Shown here: positions 52,791-64,000 of the stretch, in pieces
Position numbering within the stretch: the first letter of the stretch is position 1
Layout: the number at the start of each line of letters is the position of its first letter
Source of the DNA: Blasia pusilla
Taxonomy: Eukaryota
Assembly: GCA_050084515.1 (NCBI GenBank)
Contig: CM114271.1
Span: forward strand, 49,600,001-49,664,000
Direction: 5' to 3'
DNA: 64,000 nucleotides
Notes under the pieces: generated by a model
Seen by the model: only the letters and a program-made list of their open reading frames with translations
Databases searched by the model: none
What the model was told of the DNA's origin: nothing
Position numbers and translations under genes: made by a program

Positions 52791-54116
52791 ATTTCTAAAC
52801 CATTTCCACCAATCACCATTTAGCAAATCTGGTTTTATTCTTCTAATCCCAAACCTTTTTCAACTATCCTAACTTCTTTACCACTTTAAATTGCATTTAC
52901 TCTATTTTCTAATAAAACCACTCTATTCAATTATATTTTAACATTCTCCCTTCCTCTTTCCATCTATACTATTCTCAATTCTTTAACCACTTTTATTTGC
53001 AACTAACTTTTTCTTTAATACAATCACCTTATGCAACTATATTTTAATTTTCTCCATTCGTAAGTGCCTTCAATAGTAATCAAAATTTTCCCCTATCCGT
53101 ACACGACGAAACCATTTTTACATGGGAAGGGGATTGACCTAGAATTGCGGGGAAGTTAGACTTGAATTGAAAATAATGTGTCATCCAAGCATATTCTATT
53201 CCATGGGCATTTGCATACTTGTGAGGGCTGTCTAAATTGCCCATCAAATAGATCCACATGATTTCGTAAACAATGGATACAAACATGATGTTATGATTCA
53301 AGACCTCACATTGTTGGGTTCAGCTCCCAAGAACTTCAGCAAAGGTAGTAGTAAATGCTTCCCAAGGAGGTTTTCACCCAATTGGCAATGATCATTGACA
53401 AAGAGAGTAACTAGAACGGACAATTCACACCATATAGAGGAGCTTTTAGAAGTGTGTAATTAGGTCCATGATGCAGATCATTGCTTAAAGGGCCCATGGG
53501 ACAATTGTGTTGCTTAGTAAGGCCTCCAAGGCAAAACAAGGTGAATTAAAAAGGGAAATCTGGTCCATACCCCTTTGAAATTACAACTTTATCTGATCCC
53601 AAGAACCTTTACATTTCACTAGGCCACACCTTACCACGTTACCTTCTCAGATGAGGACAGAAACCACATTCCCATGAGGCAATTTCTTTTGGGGCTAAAA
53701 TGCCCATTGGCAAATGTTTGCATGTGGTGCTAGGCTGGAAAATTACATGATGCACACACCTCAGATGGTACCAATTAATCCAGCACTGGACTGATTTTTC
53801 TAGAATGCAGTGCAAAAACTACCTTAGGCTTGAACAGAAGGACAAGGGCACGGCTGAACCACTCAGATATCAATTTCTGAGTTAGTGGTAATAGATACAC
53901 AACGAAGGAATTGCGGCCCAATGCCGTAAGTGTATTTGAGATGTAGCACCAAAAACTGTCTACCTAGGTCTACATGCTGAAGAATTCGCCGTACGATGGT
54001 TAAAAACTTCAAATTTATAGTATTGGCACAGTTGTTGGAGTTCCACCGCTAAACATCTGCATACTCCCCAGTTGCCCTGCAGCCACAGCAAAAGCATTTC
54101 AGAATTCTCAATGAAG

Positions 54117-57100
54117 TTATTTGATCAACCTCATAATCTCATTAGAATTTGAGCAGTCTGATTTCCACAATTCGAACACCTGCTGCACGGGCATTGAATG
54201 TGGAAAAAGCAAGCGACTGATGCCTGTCTTCAGGAAATCTGATCCAAAGAGCGAAAATGCAACAGCCCTATAAGTTCTAGAAAATTCTGCACCATTCAAA
54301 TATCTGCATGAAAGCTATCAAGGATCAAGAGAGTACATCTTTTGAAAAACAGATTCAAGATTACGTCACCAAATGCTCAATCAAATAAGGGAAGAGTCAA
54401 AAACCTATCATATCGAAGGGTTGCTTCACCGATGGTGCCTGCTGCCTTGTTACGAACCTTCCGCACAAGCACCTTCATGACCAGAATGTGGTGTTAAATT
54501 TATTGCAGAGTGACATTTAAAGATTTCCCCTACTTGCAATCATGCTGACTAGAAAAAAATGATAGAAACAGAACATGTTCAGAGGCATCCCACCTGTACT
54601 TGATCCAGAGGGCCTGCATCTGGATCACGATTTCGATGGATCACCACACCATTGTCACATTTGTTAATGAAGTGTGCACTTCCACTGATGTCATAGAGCC
54701 CTGGAGCCTCACCCCTCCACACTTGTAGCTACACAAAACAACAGCAGCCCTAGCTCTCAGATGCTGATCCTCACCATACAGAAAACACTCCATCATAAAT
54801 TAGCTTGAGATCATAGAGTGCAGTAACAACCCACTTGGACTACAAGGGCATAAAAACAGGTAAGGAGGTACAGCAGCAATGCTGAGAATATGTAAAAAAA
54901 TTCAGTAAATCATTACAAACCTGTTTTGGATGGGCCACAAACCAGACATGACAATCATGGTGTTGAGCAAAGCGCTTTACACGAGTTAACATTTGACTCA
55001 CATACTCCGTCTCCGTCCTTCAAACTCAAGGCAACAGAAACTCCAGTCAGACACTCTCTAATCTAGAAAAACAACCTAAACATGCATGAACCTCATTGAA
55101 TCAAATGATAAAAAGAAGGTTTGTTGACCAGAATTCAAGCGTATGAATTTATACGCACTGACTACTTGGCCGTTGATGATCAAGCTCATTGTAAGGGTCA
55201 ATCACCAGTCCCCGAACTCCATGCCTCAACACTGCAGCCTTAGCAAGGTCTAGAACCCAATCAACAGATGGCAGTTCGTCATCTTCACATCTGAAATTGA
55301 ATGAATGAATGAACATACTGGATTAGAGTCCAGGGAGACCCCAAGAAGGTAATAGCTCTTAAAATTCCAATCTTTGCAGTACATCAGTGGGTAAAATACT
55401 GTTAAACCAGGAAACCACAACAAAAGAAGCTAGCATGTCCTAAGAGGCTCAACCTTCAACATGTTCTACTGTAGTAGCCACATTGATGTAAAGATTTAGC
55501 TATTGGAATCAAGTTTCTAGTCAACATGCAGTCACAGTCAGGAGAGCTGGTAGAATTCAGGGAGGTTACTTTTTGTTCCCTATGCACATCTACGTTTGAT
55601 AATGTGTTGATCTTCATCACCAAGTTCCTCTGGACTGCCAAGTCTATTTCGTCTGTTTTCCCTCCCAATGAGTTACCACTCTCCCCACTTCTGCTTGTAA
55701 GTCTAATGAGCCACATCTGAATCTGGCCAGCCCCTGATGGTTAGACACAGGGTCTAGACCTAAACCAACGAATTTCAGGCAACACGATATTGAATGACCC
55801 ACAGATCAGGTCAAAGAAGATATAGCAAAGCTGAACAACTCACCTGATAAGGAAAAAATTCTGGTTGAGCCATGATTTTCCACGCTCAAGAGCACCTCGG
55901 TCCATTCTTGTTATTGAGTTTGCATATCTGTCAAAGTAAACAGCAAGGGTTAACATTTCCGTTTGCAAAGTTGTGAAGTCATATCAGGGGAACAGCTAAG
56001 CCTTAAACCCTAAGGAGTTATGACAGAGATGTGAACGAATGTTGACATGGAGCTACAATAAAAGACGAGGAATATCCTTGGTGCTTTCTTCGAGTATTAC
56101 TTACGGTGCATCAAAGAAAGGCTTCTTCAGGTGTTTCTCTAACAACTTCCGTGCATGCTCACGTACCTGTACGAAAGGATATATAAAAGATGAGTTCTGG
56201 TCGTTTCCTGACCGACAAACTTTACAAGTAACAGCTGGTAATAGTGACTTCGAAAATAGTAGTAAAAGGGGGAAAACGGAATAGGGCGCACCTTATTCTC
56301 CATGGAGCACAGAGCAAATGTCCAACTGTAGTCACGACTCAGATTACAAAGAAGAGCATCAATCCACTCGCTTTTGCCAGAGTTTGGTACTCCTGTCACT
56401 ACAGTAAGTTCACCTGGAACCACCTGCTCCAGTTGCTCAACACAAAATCCAATCGTGAGCACATGTTCAGCAAAGTGCACGTTGGTCAACTTGCTGAAAC
56501 GACTGCACATAGAGAAGAATATACATAAGCTGGCTGCCTAACTTCAAACCCTTATGGACTATTACTCGCCTCTTCCAAAAATAGCACATTTTTCATGAAT
56601 CTAGCAAGATTCCGGACAAGAACTTGAATAGTTGAAAGACTAAATTCTCTCTGTTGGGCTTGGCTCACAACATAGTTCCACCTTCACAAATTTTCTTTCT
56701 TCTGGAACTATGAACTCTTTTAAATGAGTCGTTGCAAGGATATGGCCAATGTGAACAGGTCACAAGGTGTGTGGGATACCCGATAGATGCCATCAAGACC
56801 AGCCCAGCCAGTGGATACTCCTCGCTCGTCTCCCATCCTCAAATGATAATAGTCATCTATCTCTTTGAAAAATTGGGAGAACTGAAAGAGCCCACGAATG
56901 GGATATAATTCTGATGTCTCAATGACATTGCGCACAGCCTCAACTCCCAGACTTTGGAGAACCTGTGCAAAACTACAATTATTAAAGGTCTACATAAGTG
57001 GTACAAGAGACGTATTACTCATCAAGCTTCAATTCTCTCCCTCAGCTTCATGAAAAGAATGAGTCTGCGGGGATCATATCCATTTGAACACATGTCCGAT

Positions 57101-60100
57101 TCAGAATCCTCGAGAATTACACATGGTTTCAAAACTGATGAGAAGATAACCACCAGTAAAGGGTGGCGCATCCTCTGATTAACTGTTACGACGCTGTCAA
57201 AGACATACAATTTAGAACTGAAAGGATTTCTTTATCAGTTTGGAAATGCAGAACAGTGTTAGTTGCAAATTCAACTGTCATTAATCATGCTAAATATGCC
57301 CAACTTAGAGACAAACAGCATTTTACCTCATTGGCATCCTTACAAATTGTATTTTCACCTTCACGTTTTGGCCACTTCACACGCCAGCACCTAAGCTCCG
57401 AGCCACGAAAACGAGGTGATTTCAAAATCTTGCAACTAAACCTAAATGCTCAAGAGCCGGAGTCAACCTTCATCACCAACAAGACATCTACTATGTCTGA
57501 AATTTAATTGTACTCATTTCCAGTTTTCTACCCTACCTTCGTATGCCTCTTGGATAATCAATAGAGAGGGCTTTCATAGGGAGTGGCAGTAAGCTGACCG
57601 TTCACGACCAAGTCGACGCGCTAACTCTTCTGCAAGTGCTTGTCCAGGTTCATCTGAATCCGTTGCTAGCACAATACGAGTCGCCTGCAATGAACCAGGT
57701 GATGCAAACAACAATGCAACTCTTACACAAAGTTCAAATGATGATGGTATTTATAGCATATGGGACTTCCTTTGCAACCTGAATTGTGAGAGAAATATTA
57801 AGTCTGAGTCTAAGGATCTATTGGACCAATACTTGATACAGGTAATCACGTGAAATTTGTACCTGCTTGAAGTACTCACGGCAATTATAGAGATATTCAA
57901 ACTTCTTATCCTGAAAAAAACCAGTCTTGTCAGAATAGAGTGATAAATTACCTAGTGAAGTTTAACAACAAGAATCTCACTTTAATCGATGAAATTTCCT
58001 ACTTCTTGATCATTCTGTTCAAACTCACGACTAGTTGGATAAAAAGTCTAGATGCTTCACAGTCTGCCTGTCACTTATGATAAAACGAAAACCCGCATCT
58101 CATCATGCAACTTTGACCAACACCAAAATGAAGTGCATCTAGAAACCTGTGTTGTCTGAGTGAAAGCTCCATCAGAGCCTTTCGGGGAGGACCCTTCTGT
58201 CGATACCTTTGAAACATTTACATCTGCTGATACCTTTGGAGGAGCTCCATCTGGTACACTAACACAGTTTGTATATCCTGCTTCGTACAAGGTCAGTTTA
58301 TCAATTTCCCCCTCAACCTGCGCATCATCAACACTTCATAAATATCACATAAACATATGACCAAACCATACCTGCTCAATCTATTTCTTCATAGCTAAAA
58401 GAAAAATGATAGCGTTTACTTCAGTTTGACTTAAAATCACTTGATTGGACTTACAATTATAATTTCTTTAGAATTCTTTACATCATCCAATCCATAAAGC
58501 ACCTTCTCTGCACCCTTCACCTGCAAAAAGGCCCACTTGGATCCTTACTCAAAGACACCTAAACTGAAAAATACTCACGACTTTAGTCGATAGAGCTTCT
58601 GACCTTGTGAAGTTTCTGGACTCCACTTATCGCCTAAACTTTCTGACAAATTTGCCGAGACTCTAGGTACTCTTGAAAGCAATCTTTCCACAGTAGAAGG
58701 TGAAAAACAGCTACTGGCAAGCACAACAATTCTACCAACATTGACTACACAGAATCTGCACCGAGGGAAAAGTGCTAAATAGTAAATTTTAGTATCATTT
58801 GTATCGGTGATAGAAGCAAATATAATTTTTTCCAGACTGGGGCTGAGCTGCAACCAGAAGAAAGTCACTGCCTACGCACTTGCCAAAATCTCTTGTCAAC
58901 ACTGCGGAACTTGCAGTTGACAATCTCACCATCACGTGTGTAAGGAAATGCAATAACAACCTGACAAGATAAGGTACAAAATATTAGGGACATTTAGATG
59001 CATCAATAACTGGTAGAAGAGGATATAATAAAAATCTGGAATACCAAAATTTGAAAAGTAAAGTCCATCTATTCATTTTGAAGATGAAGCTTGTATACTT
59101 ACATCTCCAGTCGAGGTTATGCATCCAACTTTATTCTTTTCAAGAGTATCAGCTGAGATGCCACGTTCAAAGAACCACTCCACAACCTACAAAAGTTAAA
59201 AGAAGGCTTCAGTTTCTGAGCCCTCATCACAACAATCATTTATTAACATTTTTATAGATGTCAAAAATGCAGAATCGATCAATATAGAAAGAACCACAGG
59301 AAATTGTGGGGAAACACACATGTGTGAACAAACCACAGGAAATTGTGAGGAACTGACTTTCTTTTTATATGAGATATGAAGCAACCCAACTAATTAAGCA
59401 CAGGCACTAAATCTTACTGACCTCTTTTGGAGGAGGCTTTATTGCAAAACTCTCAATGGACACAGGCTGAAACTTTGTAGCTTGTTTTTTCTCCTTAGAC
59501 GGCCTGGTAGTACCGTTCACATTAGATTCATCTCTAGCACCAGAGCCCTGAAATTTTTGCCATCCAAGAATGTCAAAACATTAAGCAACACATTCACACG
59601 TGCATGACAAACTGAATGGCTAAACGGATTTGTGAGATGTGCTCCCTACACATTTGTTTACTTAACATCATCTGACCACCTCCGACTATGCGCCAATCTT
59701 GTAACCTGGACAGAGGGAGCAAGCATGGAGGTCATACTGAACTGGGATATTTTGTTAGCCCTCTGTAAACCAAAAAAAAAAAAGAGATGGCGTAGTTGGC
59801 CTCACAGACATAATTCCAAGGGAGACAAACAATGAAAATTATTGACTTCAATACACATTTCCCGAAATGATACCTTGGAAGTTCCACCTTTCCATCCACA
59901 GTTTCCTCTGTGGCATATCCATACACCAGCTCTGAAAAGTTCACCAACAATATACAATGAAATAAGCAAGAGAGACAGAGCAAACAAAGATTCTAATCAC
60001 TACAAGGGCCCTTGTAAGAAGAGTGTTAAGCCAATAAAATAAGGTAGTGGATGTGGAAAGTCCCACAACTCTCAATTTCAAGGTGAAATTGATGCCATGG

Positions 60101-61502
60101 TGAAAAGTGGAACATATCCAAAACCTCACTTGCAATGCAACAGACATACCCTTTCTCATCAACTAACACGGCAAGGCTCTTCTCCCGCTGGCTGCCTCCG
60201 TCACACTGCAAGAAATTGAAATTACTCAAAAGGCAAAGAACAATAGATCTAACTTCCAGGGGGGACTAGTGAGATCCAATCATTATCGCCTGAATCAACT
60301 CTCAGCAATCCACAGGAAGTACTTTACTCTGGAGATACCAACATAAAAGTACACTTCAAGTTGCATCGTGTGGAGCAAGTGAAGCCTCCTGGCTAGCATG
60401 AAACATCATCTAGATACAGAAATTTAGTGAGTGCTACCATGAGTATTCCTTTGTGAGTTGGACAGTTCAAACCATGTTTACCTCTGGGCAAACAATTCGA
60501 TATTGCCCTGGAGTATACGAAGGGAGAAAGATTTTGTGCTTTGAAAGCTGATCCTTCACAATCTGTTCCCGAGCAGGTTTTCCATTGTCCCTGGAAAGGT
60601 GTTCTCTCTCTCGAGCCGCTGAAGTTCCAAGGAGAGATGAGAGGTTGAGAGTTTCACCCAGGTATGGGTAGGTAGACACAAATATCAGATATGGAGCAGA
60701 ATCAAGAGTCCTGAAATTCAAGGATTCGTTCAAATTTATCAATATTCAAGAACTGCAGTTTACACACTCATTGCTTAGACCAGGACTTTTACTCCAGGAA
60801 GATGAATGAAAATCTACCTTTCGTTGCCCGCACTATCTTGGCTTTCCTGAAAGCAGAGTCGAGAATCTCATTCGAGGGAGATACTGAAGGAAAGTGCGGA
60901 AATCCACCCAACTTCTGTTCCTTGTTAGGCTGTAGGGCAAAGGTCGGAAGCACATGGAAGTCAGGGCAGCGCATTGACCGGCTTCCTCCTAAACCCCTTC
61001 TTTAACTGTGTGACAATTCTAAACCGTACCGATGTTTTCCTTTCACACAAAAAAATTGGAACTTACACTATTGGAACTTTGGCATTTGTACGTTGCGGAG
61101 CAGGAATTCACTAACATTTTGAGAGGAATCAGCTGCAACCGAAAAATCCAGCACACCCTCCCGTAATCCATCTTTGTTCTCTCTTTCTGAACCTTGCTCT
61201 TCTTGCTCAGGTGCCAAACGCTCAGCAGCCGTACTCCAGCACTTCACTCGATCTCCTCTACTGCCCCAAGTCCATGCTGCCGACACCCCGCGTTGCTCCT
61301 GCCTCCTCGATTCAGCTCCTTCACAGCGCTGCCTGTACAGGAGCTTAGAGAAACGCGGGTCCGATGACCCAGCAAGCGCTGATTGCAGAACAGAAGGACA
61401 CGGTCGAGAGCAAGAAGACGTAAAGAATCTCTGCAGCAGTGGGCGCGAAGAAGAAGACAGCGAGCGGGGCAAAGCCAGCACACCCGCGGCCATATCCATC
61501 AA
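54117..61502 (-). CDS. TWINKLE: Organellar (plastid/mitochondrial) Twinkle primase-helicase, multi-exon
   Basis: GT-AG exons give a Zn finger (IVCPE/CDGG..WICHRGNCGWKG), TOPRIM (IIIVEGEIDKL..SVPDGAP; LATDSDEPGQALAEELARRLG; CWRVKWP..KDANE) and SF4 helicase (GELTVVTGVPNSGKSEW; LVIDPYNELDHQ; WFVAHPKQ; YDISGSAHFINKCDNG; VRKVRNK). Exon 1 is a Ser/Arg-rich transit-peptide-like sequence. The last exon (below 54406) is uncertain. Confidence 0.93.
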
Positions 61503-64000
61503 AAACTCCTGCTATTTTGGCGAAGTCGCCCTGTGTAAACCTCTGCACGCTCTCACTGAACATTCCTCTGTTCTGTCACACTAGACAATTGCCATGGAGA
61601 TCTCTAAAACCCCAACCCCCTTCCACGAAAACTCGACGTCCAGGTTTACATCTTCAACGCCACTACTGTAAAACCCGTCTTCTCCAATTTCAGCCACGTT
61701 CTTTCAGCCAAGAGCCTTCGGCACGAGTTCACCTACAAGACCCTGCCCCTCATTGATAGTTAGGACCAGCAATCTTACCACCCGAATTATCCGGAACAAA
61801 CTGTGCTGAAACGTCCGACTAAAACATATACTCACCCCTCCACTCTGGAACCAGAGAACAAACTCGCTATGTTCTCAGACTTGCGAGTCTCAAAAGCTTC
61901 GTTTACACAGACTGCAGACTGCGGCGGACTAGAAATGGATGTGGCATTGCTATTGGACGAAGTGAAATCTGCATGTGGTCTCGCAAATTCACCACTTTCT
62001 GAACCTCAAAGACAGTTCTGCGCCAATCCTCACAAACCTAAACCAAACTGCAGATCCCTAATAGCGATCGTCCACTATTAAAATTCGAACGCACATCTAA
62101 GTGGCAAGGAAATAATAGTAGGGCACCTATGTAAGCTTGTTTTGCGCTCCGGAAGACTCCACTCCAACCGCAGTCCCATGTGTTGACGCATTCCCCAGGC
62201 ACCTAACGACATCGCTCCATGGTATTCTCGACCAGAGAATTGTAAGACTAGATCTTTGTCTCGGTCATAGTGGAGAGCAGTCGCCACAAAGCCATAGGCA
62301 TCGACTATGTTGCAATCCAATCAACTAATTAAGGGAGCTCTTAGTCACCGGCACGTGGCAATGTTTGGATGATTAGACGTATTTACTTGAACTTAGTTTA
62401 GGTTATGTCCACTCTTGTGTGGGGCCAAATGATCATTTCTACTTTACCTCAATCCATTTTCACCAACTAGTGGGTGGCCTAGAAGAGATAGATGAAGAGA
62501 AGGATTCATCGAGCTCTAGGATAGGGGGGGACGACGGGCTATGTCCAATGGACCTTTATCGGAGTTTACTCGTAGCCAATTGTTAATAAGTGAGTAACCA
62601 AGTGTAATCATGAGGCTTAAAAAGAGTTATTCGTTATGTATTGGCCGAAAGTGTGTGTTGGGTGCAAAGGCTAGGCAGGAATAGATGAAGAAAAGGGCTT
62701 TCGGACCATAAATTTGGTGTAGCACATGACTAAATTGAACTTTAGGGAGAGAAACATCTTACTATGAGATTTCCATATGAGCAAAAAACGAAAATTGCAT
62801 ATGGTTTGATAGGTTTGATGGAGTGAAGTTGATAAAATGAATTGTGGCAAGTGGTTCCGCTGATAAAAACATATCTCATGAACAATATTCATCTCAAGAG
62901 CTCGATGCAAACAAAATCATGATAGGTTCTTTTCATCCAAAGCATATTAAGTAGTATCTTGATATTAGATAAGGGGAACGCATAGCCTGTTTTGAAGTCT
63001 AACAAGTCTATAAACGAGTATGAGAGTGTGGTGTAAAATTGTGAGATAGCATGATTGTACTAAACTAAGATATATAAGGCTGAGAATTCCCATTAAAAAG
63101 CATCAAAATCTGGTGCATAATTTTGACATAACAAAAGTACAAAAAACTGAAAAATAGAGAGGTGATGGAATCACTAAGCATGCAAGAGGGACTCTATTAT
63201 GCAAGCTTGCAGAACAAGCTTAGGGTCACTCTGAATGTAGTTGTCAACATCTTTTAGGAAATCTTTAAAGTGATCCATGGCCTGCTTCAATTGCTTCTTT
63301 GTATCATTTAACTTAGTTGCAAGATCTACACGGGCATCCTGCTCAAGCTGCAACACGTCAGTGAAAACTGTTATCTTAGTTGTAGGTTGGATTGTGCGTT
63401 CCTCGGCCTCATCTAGAGCTGAACGGATAGAATCATAAACTTTGATAGGAAAGGTATGTGTGTGGTCGTCCCAATTTGCAGAATCACCAATGTATCCTTG
63501 TTGGAAACGGTTGCATTCGTCAATATCACTCCATCTTTTCCCATCAGAAGTTCCACTTGCATATGCAAAGGAATACAGTTGCAGTTGTACAAAACGAGAT
63601 TAGATTATGTGTCTATGTCATATAGAAGGTCTTTGTAGTATATACAACAGAGAAATTCAATAGATGGTAGTTACTAAAGCTCCCTCTTTTTTGTTACACC
63701 CCCTTCACTTTTCCAAGCTCTCTCCATGGTAATTTATGTTCACAGGTCACCTCCTTGGCTCTTGACCTATTGTAGGGGGTCAAAGCCCATTTCCCAAAGT
63801 GAAAAGTCAAATATATTTCTTATAGAAACTTACCCAAAATAGCAAGTTTCTCTACATAGCTTGAAATGAGCCAAAATAGAAGGGAAACTTGCTCTTTAAG
63901 CAACTCATACTCCAACTCATGAGAATGTCTTCCAATCCCCCATAAAAGAGCTCTATACATACTCATCAATCCATCCTAAAAGATGTGACAAAGACATAGT

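Larger units (their letters stand above)
51316..53254. repeat. ~145-bp inverted repeat pair (51316-51460 / 53110-53254)
   Basis: gatctatttgatgggcaatttagacagccc...cccttcccatgtaaaa has its reverse complement at 53110-53254. Confidence 0.85.

Noticed and set aside
63174-63640. Coiled-coil-like minus-strand ORF fragments
   Set aside because: No recognisable family or exon structure within the window.

Overview
Eukaryotic, intron-containing, TE-rich DNA from a plant genome. A non-seed land plant such as a bryophyte is my inference from the TE families and gene style. In order: (1) a decayed CRE-clade non-LTR retrotransposon (~1.0-5.2 kb, minus); (2) a decayed Ty3/Gypsy element (~5.3-15.1 kb) carrying a complete C5-cytosine methyltransferase domain between protease and RT and a PHD finger after integrase, with a second deleted copy at ~18.0-21.5 kb split by a solo-LTR-like insert; (3) two diverged tandem copies (~22.5-29.6 kb and ~30.0-37.7 kb), plus a terminal fragment at ~47.3-47.6 kb, of an unclassified element. 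This element encodes a spliced ParB/Srx-like + beta-class N4/N6 DNA-methyltransferase-like protein, and its introns and promoter are filled with a 27-bp palindrome (GCAACCCGTCGGA[G/C]TCCGACGGGTTGC); (4) a ~180-bp tandem array (~42.1-46.1 kb) plus hAT, copia and gypsy remnants; (5) an apparently intact organellar Twinkle primase-helicase gene (~54.1-61.5 kb, minus) whose second exon resembles the N-terminus of organellar NOG1-type GTPases. All calls come from manual motif reading with no database searches. Boundaries are approximate unless splice sites are quoted.
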